Of a stretch of 64,000 bases of DNA, positions 29,521 to 41,191 are shown one piece after another. The stretch comes from an uncultured Methanomassiliicoccales archaeon (GTDB taxonomy: Archaea; Thermoplasmatota; Thermoplasmata; Methanomassiliicoccales; UBA472): positions 2,497,993 to 2,561,992 of the forward strand of contig OY968769.1 in assembly GCA_963695345.1 (NCBI GenBank), read 5' to 3'. Within the stretch, counting starts at the first letter, position 1; the number at the start of each line of letters is the position of its first letter. The notes under the pieces are model-generated. The model ran no database searches, had not been told where the DNA came from, and worked only from the letters and a program-made list of their open reading frames with translations. The position numbers were made by a program, and so were the translations under genes.

Positions 29521-29989
29521 AAGACAGGAAACGTTGATCCTCACCGGGCAATGTACTTCAATTTCGTTCTACACCAGTTGGACTGGATGGTGAACATATC
29601 CGTACAAAACGTTGTAATCCTTCATATTCAGCGCCTGACATTGTTCATCTTCTACTCTCATGGCGTCACCCAAAAATCGGAGCCGGTAAGGGGCGACAGA
29701 ACTATTGATTGTCGCAGCATCGGTATCATTGGTCGTCATCGGTACGTCTTCAAAACCTGTCTTGTGCGAGACGCCCTTTCACCTGAGCATGGAAAAAAAG
29801 CCACCATATTAGGCATTAGAATGAGGTGAGAAATGTGGCCAAGGGTCCAAGAGGATGTTTGCTTGGCCTTTCTTCATTTGTGTTGTTAGCTAGTAACAGA
29901 GAGTCATTGAAATACTAGATTGCAGGAACGGTATCGCCATCCAAAGCCGAACTCGGATGGAAATATCTTAAACAGAGTTGGTTAATCGT

Positions 29990-30544
29990 ATGAGATTGAT
30001 GAGTACAAGGTTCTTCAAGGCGGTGGCTTTCAGCACCTGGATATACAGTCTGCTGTTTCTGGCGTATCTCATTTTCAGGCTGACGATCAACTCCGAGCAT
30101 GTTCATCTGGACGATCTTTTCATAGATCGTGTTCCATTTTTTACATTCTTCATAACCAGTGTATGTTTGTTAGTGATCAACCTCGCTTCCCTGGCCTGGT
30201 ATCTGGCGATCCGAAGGATCCAAAGACGACGGAAAGCATCGATCGAAAGTGGCGATGCCGAACTGTCCTTCATGACAATTACAAAAATGTCGATCCTGGC
30301 CATCAAGGATCGTTTGTTAGGCAGCCGTTCCGAATCAAAAGGCCCCAATAACTTGAGATTGAAGACCTTCATCATCTGGTCGTTCAGCGTTTTGGTCTGG
30401 AGCTTCCTTACATACCTGAGCCTGGCACGCCCACCCTCGCCCCCCTACTGGCCGATCAGCATGGTCATGTTCGTGGTCGGCTACATCTGCATGGTTTACA
30501 TGATGGCGGCGCGTGATTCCCGCGCAGCGCCTCAAACCGCCTAA
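29990..30544 (+). CDS. Hypothetical membrane protein (~4 TM)
   Basis: Two pairs of hydrophobic helices separated by a basic linker. Confidence 0.6.
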   Translation: MRLMSTRFFKAVAFSTWIYSLLFLAYLIFRLTINSEHVHLDDLFIDRVPFFTFFITSVCLLVINLASLAWYLAIRRIQRRRKASIESGDAELSFMTITKMSILAIKDRLLGSRSESKGPNNLRLKTFIIWSFSVLVWSFLTYLSLARPPSPPYWPISMVMFVVGYICMVYMMAARDSRAAPQTA

Positions 30545-30785
30545 ACCTCAAGCAGGGTCGAGATGGAAAGGGGCCGCGCCAATTGACCCACGTGAACTCA
30601 ACTTCGCCAGACCAACAATCGAATGATGCGGGAGCCGGGGAGAACGTATTTGAATGGGGCGTCAATCGGCAAATCCCCCTTCTGGGCAAATGGGGCGGAG
30701 ATACCATTAGTAAGAAACCTGGTCCATGAACAAAAAAAATAGAAACTGGAAATCAAGACAGAAATTGTTAATCTGACCGTCCGAT

Positions 30786-31487
30786 ATGATGTCGATGCGC
30801 CTGATCACCATCAATCGGAGCAAGCCAACGATCGTCCTTGATTTCTATGGTTGTCCGATGCATTGCAGGTATTGCACTCACATGGCAAGGGAGAAGAAGG
30901 ACTATTCCATCGATCAGGTGAAAAAGGTATTGCTCGATAACGACGTCAAGACCATATTCCTGGGTGGGGCGGAGCCATCCTTGCAGAGCAAGGAACTGGA
31001 GGACCTCATCAGGCATATGCATAAGACCGGCAAGGAGATCGTTCTGAAGACGACCGGTCACGATCCGGGTTTCCTGAGAGCGGTTCTCCCCAACATCAAC
31101 AAGATCGTGCTCGAGGTCAAGGTTCCCCTGGACGACCCATCCGGCCTGACCAAATTGACCGTCTATGATGAGCAACAGGCCAAGGACCACCTCGTGAGGA
31201 TGAGGGAGGTGATGGATATCATCAAAGGGAAGGATGTCACAGCGACCATCCGGATCATACCCGGCCACTATGACGAAGAGATCATGGAACGAATCGGAGC
31301 CGACCTGAAGGATGTGGCCACCGAGGTGGACATAACTCAGTTCCTGTCGAGCTCCTATGACCTACCTTTCGACAATATCTTCGAACCGGGACCGCCCGAG
31401 GAGGAGATGATGATGCTCGGAAGGGCGTTGAGGAGGCATGTTCTGAAAGTAAGAGTGAAAGGCAACGGCTTCGATCATTGGCTCTAG
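30786..31487 (+). CDS. Radical SAM protein, activase (PflA/NrdG)-like
   Basis: FYGCPMHCRYC, GGAEP, short core with no SPASM domain. Confidence 0.85.
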   Translation: MMSMRLITINRSKPTIVLDFYGCPMHCRYCTHMAREKKDYSIDQVKKVLLDNDVKTIFLGGAEPSLQSKELEDLIRHMHKTGKEIVLKTTGHDPGFLRAVLPNINKIVLEVKVPLDDPSGLTKLTVYDEQQAKDHLVRMREVMDIIKGKDVTATIRIIPGHYDEEIMERIGADLKDVATEVDITQFLSSSYDLPFDNIFEPGPPEEEMMMLGRALRRHVLKVRVKGNGFDHWL

Positions 31488-31830
31488 CGTTTTCGAAGAG
31501 GGGTATGATCCGGCATTGAATCGGAAACAGGATGATCTGGAATCCAGATTTGGATCGGGTCTTGGGATTACTATTTGAATTCTAATCTATCCGGGAAAGA
31601 GTGTGGGGAACATTATTTCCATTCCGCATAACATTCCTTCCATCAATAGCATATCCATAGGGATGTGACGGATATTCTAAGCGTGAGAGAAAAATACGCC
31701 GACTTCGAGGAGTCTCTTGACCAGAAATGAAGTGCAAGACGTTCCAGTTTGTTACTTAAAAACCAGCGTGAAGTACCAGAGTGCGTAACATCACAGGTAT
31801 TAATAATTAAGCACCTGATTATCACAGAGT

Positions 31831-32154
31831 GTGATGATGAATGACAGATGGTCTAGAGCTGTTCACGGCGAACCCGGAACTGGTGCTCCGGTGCGAACTC
31901 GAGCACGCATTGTTCTCTATGGCCTGGTCGGTGCCGCTCTTGGTGGCACTCTGCCTGATCTGGACCACTTCTTCACCGGCATACACAGGTCGACGCATCT
32001 GGCGTTCTGCGTTTGTGCTGTGCTTTGCGCTGGGATCTATATCGCACTATCTAGCCGATACCTGGGACCTTGGGTTCTGAGGCACCCCGAACCGATTTTG
32101 AAACGGCGCAGTTTGGTGAAGTCTCAGAATGAAACTTCCGAGATCGGGAAATGA
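31831..32154 (+). CDS. Small membrane protein with YdjM/metal-dependent hydrolase-like motif, possibly truncated
   Basis: GGTLPDLDHF...HRSTHL between hydrophobic segments. Confidence 0.5.
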   Translation: MMMNDRWSRAVHGEPGTGAPVRTRARIVLYGLVGAALGGTLPDLDHFFTGIHRSTHLAFCVCAVLCAGIYIALSSRYLGPWVLRHPEPILKRRSLVKSQNETSEIGK

Positions 32155-32489
32155 CCTGAGGAAAACGCGCTGTCCTGAATAAGTGTGGGACTATTGAAAA
32201 GATAGAGGCCACAGCCCTTGGATTCCATTACGCGGTGACCCAACCTCATCCATTTTCCATCCAAGTTGGATTTTTGCTCGACAGATGGTCTTAATCAGTA
32301 TTGGAGGCTATGAAATCATAACTATGATCAGAGGATCATGGAATTCTTGAACTACCTACAATGAGCTGAACAAATGGCCATTGACCGATGTCATAATTTC
32401 AATAATGTTCCCCCAATAATATTTGTGGAATCAGACTAATGTGCTTTTGGATGGTTTAAACAATACCATAAAATAACCAGGAGTCAACA

Positions 32490-32999
32490 TTGACCACGCA
32501 AATAGACCTGGGCGCCTTTTATCGGGAACCCCAGTCATCTGATGGAGGGATCGTTATTAGCAAGCAAGAAATAATTAGCCTATTAAATCATGCGCTGGAG
32601 CTGGAACATGCCGCGGCCATTCAGTACCTCAGTCACGCGGAGTGCGTGGACGGTGTGGGCGCAGAATCGATAATCGCCAGGTTGAAGGAGATCGCGGGTG
32701 ACGAAAAGGATCATGCGGAGAAGTTCAGAACCCTGATTGGCGCCCTCGGCGGGGTGCCGAGCATGGGAATGGCCCCTACCTATGCAGCCACCACCGTCCA
32801 GGAGATCCTGGAGGTGAACCTGAAGGGCGAGAAGGAAGCGGTTGACACATACAGGATGATCATCGAGAAGCTGAGGGCCGAGAAGATCCCATACTACGAC
32901 CACCTTCTGGAGCACGAGATCAGGCATATCCTGACGGAGGAGCAGGAGCATATCACTGAGATAGAGCTCCTGATGAAGACCTCTGGAAACAGCTATTGA
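32490..32999 (+). CDS. Ferritin-like (bacterioferritin-type) protein
   Basis: Di-iron ligand pattern ELEHAAAIQY..H, DEKDH, EKEAVDTY, EEQEH. TTG start after AGGAG. Confidence 0.88.
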   Translation: MTTQIDLGAFYREPQSSDGGIVISKQEIISLLNHALELEHAAAIQYLSHAECVDGVGAESIIARLKEIAGDEKDHAEKFRTLIGALGGVPSMGMAPTYAATTVQEILEVNLKGEKEAVDTYRMIIEKLRAEKIPYYDHLLEHEIRHILTEEQEHITEIELLMKTSGNSY

Positions 33000-33418
33000 T
33001 GCAGGTGATGAACAATCGAAACAATTTGGGAGAATATCCCATATTCTCTTTTCTTTTCTTACAACGTTCTGAAAATAGTCTTGTAGAGAACTCAACACTC
33101 CTATGCCAGCTCGCTATGTAAAATGAAGATCGGTATGACATTATTCGGAGAGCTACAAGGTGGTCACTTTCTATGCGGCCCAAATTATCCAATCCTGAGA
33201 GGAGGGAGTTAGCGAGTCGAAGAATGATAGCCGTTGGAGTTCGCTGCGGTATGATTCGTCCATTCTGAGAGGACCAAGAGAAAGCGAGTAGGCCAGCAGA
33301 TAAAAACATCGCAGAGGAAACTGGTCAGGTATCGATAATGTCGTGACAGAACCGACCTTGGCAAAATACCTAAATAGTATGGGCTCAAGTTCGAATTATC
33401 AGTAAAGGGATGATAACC

Positions 33419-33832
33419 ATGCCAGACATTGTTGATCTAGCCATATCGGGCAATTTTAACACCTTAGTTACCGCGGTAAAGGCAGCAGACCTTGTCGACA
33501 CCCTGAAGGGGCCGGGACCGTTCACGGTCTTCGCACCGACCGATGAGGCGTTTGCCAAGTTGCCGGCCGGAACCGTGGAAGGGTTGTTGAAGGACATTCC
33601 GAAACTGAAGAGCATACTCCTGTACCATGTGGTGCCAGGGAAGCTGATGGCCGAGGATGTTGTCAAGCTCAAGATGATCAAGACCGTGCAGGGCGAGGAG
33701 CTGAAGGTGGACGCGGTCAAGTGGCATCTTCACAAGGCCGTGAAGATCGATCATGCCAAGATCATCAAGACCGACATCGTGGCCAGCAATGGAGTGTGCC
33801 ACGCCATAGACACCGTTCTCATGCCCAAGTAA
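33419..33832 (+). CDS. Fasciclin (FAS1) domain protein
   Basis: [38 protein letters not shown]. Confidence 0.95.
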   Translation: MPDIVDLAISGNFNTLVTAVKAADLVDTLKGPGPFTVFAPTDEAFAKLPAGTVEGLLKDIPKLKSILLYHVVPGKLMAEDVVKLKMIKTVQGEELKVDAVKWHLHKAVKIDHAKIIKTDIVASNGVCHAIDTVLMPK

Positions 33833-34026
33833 TGGGAACGGTCAATCGGTCAAGGGCACACAATAGCCGATAGGTTGCCCACGACCTCTCATTTTTTCTT
33901 AGGCCATCTCGTAGATAGCGAATTGTTATCTCATTATCTCAGCAGGGTTTCAGGACGAATCCAAAAAGGCCTGAATGAAGGAGCGGATCGTTTTGTCGAT
34001 GTCTCAATGGATCGGTCCGTTCGGGT

Positions 34027-37000
34027 TCAGGTCAGCCTATCCCTGATACCGCCCGGAGGGCCGGTCATGACGAATCTGGCCCCTTGCCCTGGCTCTCCTA
34101 TCTCGGCGATCGAGAAGTCGGTAATGCCCAGGATCTCGCGAGAGAGGAACAGGCCCAGCCCGTGGTCTTTACCGAAACCTTTGCAGAAAAGCTTCCCTTT
34201 CATATCCGCCGGTATGCCCGCACCGTCGTCCGCGCAGACGATGGAGTGTGATCCGCCTTGCTCTTCCAGTGAGAAAACGATTGTGGACGTGCCTCCCCCG
34301 TGCCGAAGCGAATTCTGGATCAGGTTGTAGAAAACCTTGGTGATCAGAGGGTCAGCGAACATATCCATACTTGGTGGGACGTCGTTGACCACTCTGACCG
34401 ATCCCAGGGGTAAGTCTTTAGTAGTTTTTTCCACCAATTTCCGGATATCCTGCCAGATGGGAGCGCGTACGCCGACGTCCTCGTATTCCTTGGTGAACTG
34501 GATCATGGCGGAGATGCGTTCCGCGGCCGTCGCCGCCTTGCCCAGATGCTCGTTGGACATGGAATCGATCCGACCCCTATCCATCAAAGAAAGGTTCCCT
34601 TCCAGGATCATGAGCTGGTTCTTGATGTCGTGTCGTGTCATACCCGACAGGAGGTTGAGCTTGTGGTTAGCCGCCTGTAACGCCTCCTCCGCGCGCTTGC
34701 GCTCGGTGATGTCGACGGATATGCCTTCGATACCGACGCCCTTGCCGTTCCCATCCACCAGGGTGACGGCGTTCGAGATATGCCAACGCCAGGTACCGTC
34801 AGAGTGCCTTACTCTATATTCGACATCCGTTTGTCGTTGTCCCGTTTCGAACGCCCTCTGAATTAATGCCATGCATCTGGGCAGATCGCCTTCGTGCACG
34901 TATGACTGGAAATGTCTTCCGACCACCTGGTCCACCGGGTGCCCCAGGACCGCGGTCCAACTGGGGGATACAAAGTTGAAAACGCCTGTCGCGTCGATGG
35001 TGTAGATGATGTCGTGGCTGTTCTCGACCAGGAGGCGGTGCTTCTCCTCGCTCTGGTGCAGCGCCTCCTCCGCGCGCTTGCGCTCGGAGACGTCCCTCGC
35101 CACCCCGATTAGAACTTCCTGATTGTTCCACCATCCGCGGGTGATCTTCGTTTCGACCTCGAGGCGGGTGCCGTCCTTGGCCAGGACCGGCACCGGGCAG
35201 GAATCGGCAGTCCCCGCGATCATTTCTTTGACAATTTGCGACGCCTCGTCCCGCCGCTCCGGTACGTGCAACAGCAGGACATCCGTATTCGTAAGTTCCC
35301 CGGGCAAATACTTAAGTTGTTTCTGCACGGCATGATTTACCTCGAGGATGAGCCCCTGCATGTCCAACACGAAAACCATTTCGTCGATCGAGTTGAACAA
35401 GGTCTCCAAATTTTTTGCGGCCTTCCTTGATTCCTCTTCTGCTACCATCCTCTCTATTGTGCTGCCGAGCTCTCGGCTGATGGAGATGAGCGTCTGTTTT
35501 TGCTCTTCAGAGATCACATGCTGTCGCATGCTTGCGAAGTTCAGCGATCCGATGGCCAACCCCTTGGAGATCAGTGGGATGCTGGCGATCGAAAGGAACC
35601 CAAATCTTTCGGAGACGGTCGGATTGACCTTCGAATAATTGTCGGTTATGATCGGCTCATTCTTGATGAACAGTGTATCATAAGGTCTGTCATCGATAGA
35701 CAGCGTATGGATCGCGGCTAGGAATTCCGGCGGAAGGAATTTTGAGCAGACCACATTCGCTGTACGTGTGGGTCGGTCAACCAGATATATCCCTCCGGCG
35801 TCAAAGTCCAGCAAGCGCAGCGATCCTACCAGGATGCGGTCGAGGAGCTGCGGGAGATTCTCCGCCTGGTTCGCCGTTGAGATGATGTCGTTGAGGATCG
35901 AGAGCATGGTTGACTGGCGTTGCAGCTCCTCCCTGGCCTCCTCCCGCTCTTTATGGGCTCTCAGTCCTATGATGCCGTACGCCAGATCGCTGGCCATTTC
36001 CTCCAGCAATTTCACCTCGTCAGGGATGAATCCGTTGATCTTTTCGGAATATATCAGCAACGCTCCGAAGGCAACCCCGGAGGACATCAGCGGCAGGGCG
36101 ATGACCGATCGGTAGCCGTACTCCAGGGCCAGTTCCCGCCATAGACAAATATGCGGATCGCACTCAAAGTCCTGTATGAAGGCCGTCCTTCCGGTCTTGA
36201 TGGCCACCCCGGTCGGCCCATTCCCTCTTTCGTCCTCGCCCCAGGTGACCTCGATCTGGGCGACGTAACTAGGTGCGTGGCCGCTCTGGGCCACCGGTAG
36301 GACCGACCGCCGCTCATCATGTTCAGCCATACCTATCCAGGCCATGCGGTAGCCGGCCACCTCACATACGATGCGGCAGATATCATCCAGCAGTTCCTGC
36401 TCGGTCCGGGCCTTGGTCATGGCCCGGTCGCACTCCTTGATCGCCGCCAGCTCGCGGTTCAGCCTTTGCAGACGTAAATCATATTCCGAACGTACCGTGA
36501 TGTCCTGCAAGACCCCGAATACCTTGTTCTTCTGCCGATCATACTCGGCCAGGAATCGGACGTCGACGATCCTCCCGTCTCTCGGACGGCTGATCTTCGC
36601 GTCAATATCGTAAGGCCTGCTGTTTTCGATCAGGTCTTTCAATGAGCACTCGAATGAAGACCGGCATTCAGGCAGGAATATCATTTGCCAGTCGGCCAAT
36701 GATAGGGTAGGTTTCTCCAAACCGCAGACGATGACAGCCCCGTGAGAATTTGTTATGGTCTTTTCGACCAGATCGATCTGCCAATAACCGAATCCCGCCA
36801 ACTCCTCGGCGCGGCGCTGCTTGCTTTCGCCTTCTAGCAACGACCCTTCCGCCTGCTGCCTCCCCACCAACATCCTGACGCGATGCCCAAGTTCGGTATA
36901 TTGAGACAATGGCTCACCGCCTTTCTGCAGATAAGCGTCCGCGCCTTGATTCAATGCCTCGATGACCACTTCTTCGCGCCCTTTTCCGGTGAACAGGATG

Positions 37001-37242
37001 AAAGGGATCCTATCTCCCGCCGACCTCAGCGATCTGAGGAACTGTATGCCGTCCTCCTCCGGCATCTGGTAATCGGACACGATCGCCTCATAGCGCTTTT
37101 CGGCGAGCATGGCCCTGGCCTCCGGTACAGAACTTGCTGTATGAACATCGAGATCCCCAAGCATCCCCAGGAATTCCTTGGTCAATGCGCAAAGGTCAGG
37201 TTCGTCGTCGACGACCAAAATACGTGTCAGGGTGGAAGACAT
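34027..37242 (-). CDS. Hybrid sensor kinase: REC, PAS, 2 GAF, 2 PAS, HisKA/HATPase
   Basis: ILVVDDE receiver, GAF motifs GYRMAWIG...GPTG..IKTG and SIASIPL, RHDIKNQL H-box. Confidence 0.93.
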   Translation of the reverse strand: MSSTLTRILVVDDEPDLCALTKEFLGMLGDLDVHTASSVPEARAMLAEKRYEAIVSDYQMPEEDGIQFLRSLRSAGDRIPFILFTGKGREEVVIEALNQGADAYLQKGGEPLSQYTELGHRVRMLVGRQQAEGSLLEGESKQRRAEELAGFGYWQIDLVEKTITNSHGAVIVCGLEKPTLSLADWQMIFLPECRSSFECSLKDLIENSRPYDIDAKISRPRDGRIVDVRFLAEYDRQKNKVFGVLQDITVRSEYDLRLQRLNRELAAIKECDRAMTKARTEQELLDDICRIVCEVAGYRMAWIGMAEHDERRSVLPVAQSGHAPSYVAQIEVTWGEDERGNGPTGVAIKTGRTAFIQDFECDPHICLWRELALEYGYRSVIALPLMSSGVAFGALLIYSEKINGFIPDEVKLLEEMASDLAYGIIGLRAHKEREEAREELQRQSTMLSILNDIISTANQAENLPQLLDRILVGSLRLLDFDAGGIYLVDRPTRTANVVCSKFLPPEFLAAIHTLSIDDRPYDTLFIKNEPIITDNYSKVNPTVSERFGFLSIASIPLISKGLAIGSLNFASMRQHVISEEQKQTLISISRELGSTIERMVAEEESRKAAKNLETLFNSIDEMVFVLDMQGLILEVNHAVQKQLKYLPGELTNTDVLLLHVPERRDEASQIVKEMIAGTADSCPVPVLAKDGTRLEVETKITRGWWNNQEVLIGVARDVSERKRAEEALHQSEEKHRLLVENSHDIIYTIDATGVFNFVSPSWTAVLGHPVDQVVGRHFQSYVHEGDLPRCMALIQRAFETGQRQTDVEYRVRHSDGTWRWHISNAVTLVDGNGKGVGIEGISVDITERKRAEEALQAANHKLNLLSGMTRHDIKNQLMILEGNLSLMDRGRIDSMSNEHLGKAATAAERISAMIQFTKEYEDVGVRAPIWQDIRKLVEKTTKDLPLGSVRVVNDVPPSMDMFADPLITKVFYNLIQNSLRHGGGTSTIVFSLEEQGGSHSIVCADDGAGIPADMKGKLFCKGFGKDHGLGLFLSREILGITDFSIAEIGEPGQGARFVMTGPPGGIRDRLT

Positions 37243-37701
37243 TAGAATTGACATTAAAACCATAGTTGCATATTTAAATGTCAACCCGTGAGTTCGACAA
37301 ACTTAGACATCGACTTAACAATAGTAACTGGATAGACGATTTGCCGGCTGACCATTATACGATGTTAACCCATATGTCCATCCCATGGTGGTTATACACC
37401 TGGTTTCGGTGAGCAACCGGCCATGGCTGCCCATTGACCTACCGAAGTCCATGGGCTTGGAAGTTAGCCCTGCAGATTATATGTGATAGACGGACCCCGT
37501 GAAAAAGACCAGGGCAGCGACAGCCAATACGATGACCTTCAGCCTCATGCTGAATATCCAATTCCCCGACATCGAACAGCCCGGAGCCTATGAGTAATTC
37601 GGGACAAGTGTATTTTCTGAAAAGTAAATAGGGCTTAGGGCCTCCCAAATCCATTACTATTAAGCTCTCCAGAATAATATCCACGGCGGGGAAGACTTAG
37701 A

Positions 37702-37896
37702 ATGAAGTGTCCCGAATGCGGAAGTGAAATGGAGATGGGTGTTGTAAGTGCAGCAAGGTGGATGGTTTGGAGCAAGAAGCCGCTGAAGCTCCTGCTCTCA
37801 GGAGACATAATTGCTGCTGAGGGATATTTCAATCATGAACAATTGAATGGCAATAGATGCACGGCGTGTAAGCTCATCATCACAAGATACCTGTAA
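37702..37896 (+). CDS. Small zinc-ribbon protein (PF20097/DUF6487-like)
   Basis: MKCPECGSEMEMG...W...RCTACKLII. A paralog lies at 58642. Confidence 0.8.
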   Translation: MKCPECGSEMEMGVVSAARWMVWSKKPLKLLLSGDIIAAEGYFNHEQLNGNRCTACKLIITRYL

Positions 37897-37903
37897 GAAC
37901 CGG

Positions 37904-40270
37904 TCAGGTGATCACCACCCTAAACGGCGCACCCTGCATCGTCTTGTCGAGACCCACCAGCTTGATCAGGACCCTTTCCCCGTTTCCGACCTGGACGTTG
38001 ATGGGCCGTTCCAGAAGTCCTTCGACCATGTCCCGAAGCTTGATCCTTACCCTGGCCGTTGACATGTCCCTGATGAATATCTGAAGTTCCGTGTTCTCCA
38101 ATCCGGTTCCGGTGACGGTCACCTTCGACATCAGGCAGGATAGCTGGTTACCCAGACCATCAGTGCTGTCCATCAAGACCAGCTCCCCGTTATGCTGTTC
38201 GGGGATGCCGTCCGGCAATTCGATATCGACCATCGGTTCTGCCGAAGTATCCTGTTGCATCGACGACATGAAGGCCTTAGGTGAACCGGCGGGGCTAGCA
38301 TTGAAACCGCACATCAGATTCATTGGGTCGCCTCTAGTGGCGACACTACCATTGGCAAATCCATGGGACCATCCCTCCGGCAACGCGTTCGGGACGATGG
38401 CCAGTTTGGTGGCCGCCTTTCCTCTTTCCTTCCTGATCCCGAGGTATGCGGTCTCCGATGAGGGTACGTTGTAGTGCAGCGAGGCCTTAACCATTTGACC
38501 TTTGATCAACGCTCTGATGCCCGCCTCTCGATTCTCCCGGTAGATGGCCCTGGTCGTCTTGTTAGGGCATAGTTTCATGTCGAACTTCTCCAGCTCCTCT
38601 TCGACCGAACCGATGTCAACCTCGGAGCTTGCTAGCAGCTCCAGCCAGTTCACCATCGCCGATCCATAGAGCTTGGACAGACCGGGGCAGCGCTCCGCGG
38701 CCTGGATATCGGTCTCTTCCCGATGCCCGTCCTGGTCCAGGGCACAGAACGAGAAACTCATCTTACCCTTGGTCTGGAATGAGCCGAGCATAACCACGCA
38801 CCGACCTGAGGCGAGATGCGGGACATCGACGGCAAACATTCCGTCCCCTTTCTCTAGGTACTTACCCTTCTCGGGATCGATGGCCAGGCGGTCGGTTCTG
38901 AGGCTCATTTCGGATGCGATAGGCGCAGCCCACTCCTCCATGACGTCGTCCAGCGCCGTCGCCAGGTCCCTTTCCTGAGGGGAAGAGGTGAGGAACTTCG
39001 CCGTTCCGTCCCCGGCCTTGGCGATCCCTTTGGCCAGGAAGGAGTTCGGGGCCGAATCGATGCAGATGACGCTGCATTGCCTTTTCCGCCTCTTCTCTCT
39101 CACCGTCTGCACTATCCTGCCGGCGTCCGAGACCTCGGCGTCGGTGACGATGACCACATGCTTGACCGCTTCATCATCAACGATATCCTGGTCAAGCGCC
39201 TGCTCGATAGCCACGCCCAGCTCGGTGCCTCCGGCATCGCTCCGCCGAAGAAGTTCCCTGGCCTCTTTCAGGTTCTGGGCGTTGATCTCCTGCGGGGTAT
39301 TGAACAACCATCTCGTTTCGGTGTGGAACAGGCAGAGGTTGAAGCGGTCCCCGGGACCGAGGGAGCGAAGCATCTTTTCGGCCGTCCAGGTCGTCGCCTC
39401 CCACTTCGCCCCGCTCATCGAACCGGAGCGGTCCAGGAGCAGGGTTATCTCCCGGGGAAGGAGCCGTTCCGGACTTTTCGGCGGTGTCACGATGGCCATG
39501 AAGTGTTTCTTTCCATCGGTGATGACCTGGACCATCGGCCGATCGGACTGGGATGGAGTCCAGATGAGCACCAGGTCCCGGTCCGGGAGGACCTCACCAG
39601 CTTCTAGCGACATCCGTCCCTTCTTGACCCGGGTCCCGAATGATGGGCAAACCACCGAACCGTTCTTCGATACCTTCAGGTCCATGGAGAACCGGTGGCC
39701 AGGGTCGATCATCGGCAGCAGAGGCTGACCGCTGGCCTGCCGTGATCCCGCCTCGTCCCCGCGCACATAACGGGGTGATATGGTCAGAGGTACCCGGAAT
39801 TCGAATCCGATGCCCTGCGGATCGCCCAGCTGCACGAACGTAGTCTGCACCTTCACCTCCTCGCCCGGCCTGATCCCGGCGAGGAACATGGTGAATACGT
39901 CAGAGGACTCCCGGGTCATCAACAGGGATTGCTTACCTTTCTTCCGGGCGGATTCGAACTCAGACTCCGCCTTGACCCTTTCCATCAGTTTGCTCTCGAC
40001 CTCGTTCCTACCGAAGAACGCCTTCACCCGGTCGATGGCCGCGTCCCCGGGGAGCGGGAAGCGGTAGACCGCGTCGACCGTCTCCGGGCACTCCTCCTTC
40101 GTGTAGAGGAACGTCTGGGTGATAGTGAACTCGGAGACCGGGCCCGTGACTCGCCCGGAAAGCTCCGTCCGGCGCAGCGGGATGAAGAATGATACCTTCT
40201 TGGTCGCCCCTTCCATGTACGAAGAGGCGGGGATCGCGTTGTCATAGCGATTCGGATTGAGGTGATCCAT
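37904..40270 (-). CDS. VIT + vWA domain protein
   Basis: VIT-type QTF...AVYRFPLP, MIDAS motif LLLDRSGSMSG, GGTEL, IVTDAE. Confidence 0.9.
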   Translation of the reverse strand: MDHLNPNRYDNAIPASSYMEGATKKVSFFIPLRRTELSGRVTGPVSEFTITQTFLYTKEECPETVDAVYRFPLPGDAAIDRVKAFFGRNEVESKLMERVKAESEFESARKKGKQSLLMTRESSDVFTMFLAGIRPGEEVKVQTTFVQLGDPQGIGFEFRVPLTISPRYVRGDEAGSRQASGQPLLPMIDPGHRFSMDLKVSKNGSVVCPSFGTRVKKGRMSLEAGEVLPDRDLVLIWTPSQSDRPMVQVITDGKKHFMAIVTPPKSPERLLPREITLLLDRSGSMSGAKWEATTWTAEKMLRSLGPGDRFNLCLFHTETRWLFNTPQEINAQNLKEARELLRRSDAGGTELGVAIEQALDQDIVDDEAVKHVVIVTDAEVSDAGRIVQTVREKRRKRQCSVICIDSAPNSFLAKGIAKAGDGTAKFLTSSPQERDLATALDDVMEEWAAPIASEMSLRTDRLAIDPEKGKYLEKGDGMFAVDVPHLASGRCVVMLGSFQTKGKMSFSFCALDQDGHREETDIQAAERCPGLSKLYGSAMVNWLELLASSEVDIGSVEEELEKFDMKLCPNKTTRAIYRENREAGIRALIKGQMVKASLHYNVPSSETAYLGIRKERGKAATKLAIVPNALPEGWSHGFANGSVATRGDPMNLMCGFNASPAGSPKAFMSSMQQDTSAEPMVDIELPDGIPEQHNGELVLMDSTDGLGNQLSCLMSKVTVTGTGLENTELQIFIRDMSTARVRIKLRDMVEGLLERPINVQVGNGERVLIKLVGLDKTMQGAPFRVVIT

Positions 40271-40583
40271 GTGGGAGTAATGGCAACCGATGATATCGAT
40301 GTTGCCGAAGACGGTATTGCGTCGAGTGATACCATTCGCAGGAGCGATGATCCGGTCATCGAATAACGATCCGAGTAATCGTAGACCAACGAAGATTGGA
40401 CAAAGTGGATTGATACGGGACCTCTGGCCTGGCCATTGGATCAAAGTGCCTGGACGTTAAGGGCAATCTCCCTTCCGATCTCTTCGTGGGAGAGGACAAA
40501 GGAAGCTGCTTCAGCTCACCCTGTGGCGGTTGGAATGATACCTGTGCGCTGTCGCCAAGTTGGTCAAGCTGCGATCTTGACAT

Positions 40584-40949
40584 TCAGCCGACCGCTTTCT
40601 TTACGAGCGTAGCGATTTTCGCCTCTTCGGCTGGCGTCAGCTCGGTCAGGGCGAACGCGATCGGCCACATCGCACCTTCATCGAGGTTCGCGTTGTCGTT
40701 GAAACCGAGCGTCATGTACCTCTCCTTGAACTTCTCACCACTGCGGAAGAAACAAACGACCTTGCCGTCCTTGGCATATCCGGGCATCCCATACCAGACC
40801 TTTGGTGAAAGCTGAGGCGCGTTATCCTTGATGATCGCGTGGATCCTCATGCCCATGGCGCGATATGGTTCCGGCATCGATGCAATAACCTCGAGAACGG
40901 CGCTCTCCCCTTCCGCCTTCTTGGCCTCCTGCTTGGTTGTCGTTTCCAT
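40584..40949 (-). CDS. DUF1801/YdhG-like protein
   Basis: [20 protein letters not shown]...RYMTLGF...MWPIAFAL. Confidence 0.88.
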   Translation of the reverse strand: METTTKQEAKKAEGESAVLEVIASMPEPYRAMGMRIHAIIKDNAPQLSPKVWYGMPGYAKDGKVVCFFRSGEKFKERYMTLGFNDNANLDEGAMWPIAFALTELTPAEEAKIATLVKKAVG

Positions 40950-41191
40950 AGGATCGTGTTTGGTTTGTTGCTCTTTGTATATTAACCGATGGACATCCTG
41001 CATGCACGATATCCTGTTCATCCGAGTAATCCAAATCCTCTCCATTAACCGTATGTCGACCAAGTCAGAACCGGCCCATGATTGGGAATGAAAATCGAAT
41101 CCTTTCCTTTGATTCAGAGATCAATGGCTCAGAAAAAGAACGGATCCAGCAACTTATCAGAATACCAATGGAAAAATAATAAATGGGATGT

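Noticed and set aside
30786-31487. Second radical SAM as part of the RiPP system
   Set aside because: It is activase-like, has no SPASM or RRE, lies 11 kb away and has no adjacent peptide.
37478-37549. Signal-peptide-like mini ORF MRLKVIVLAVAALVFFTGSVYHI (minus strand)
   Set aside because: Too short and with no continuation, so it cannot be supported.
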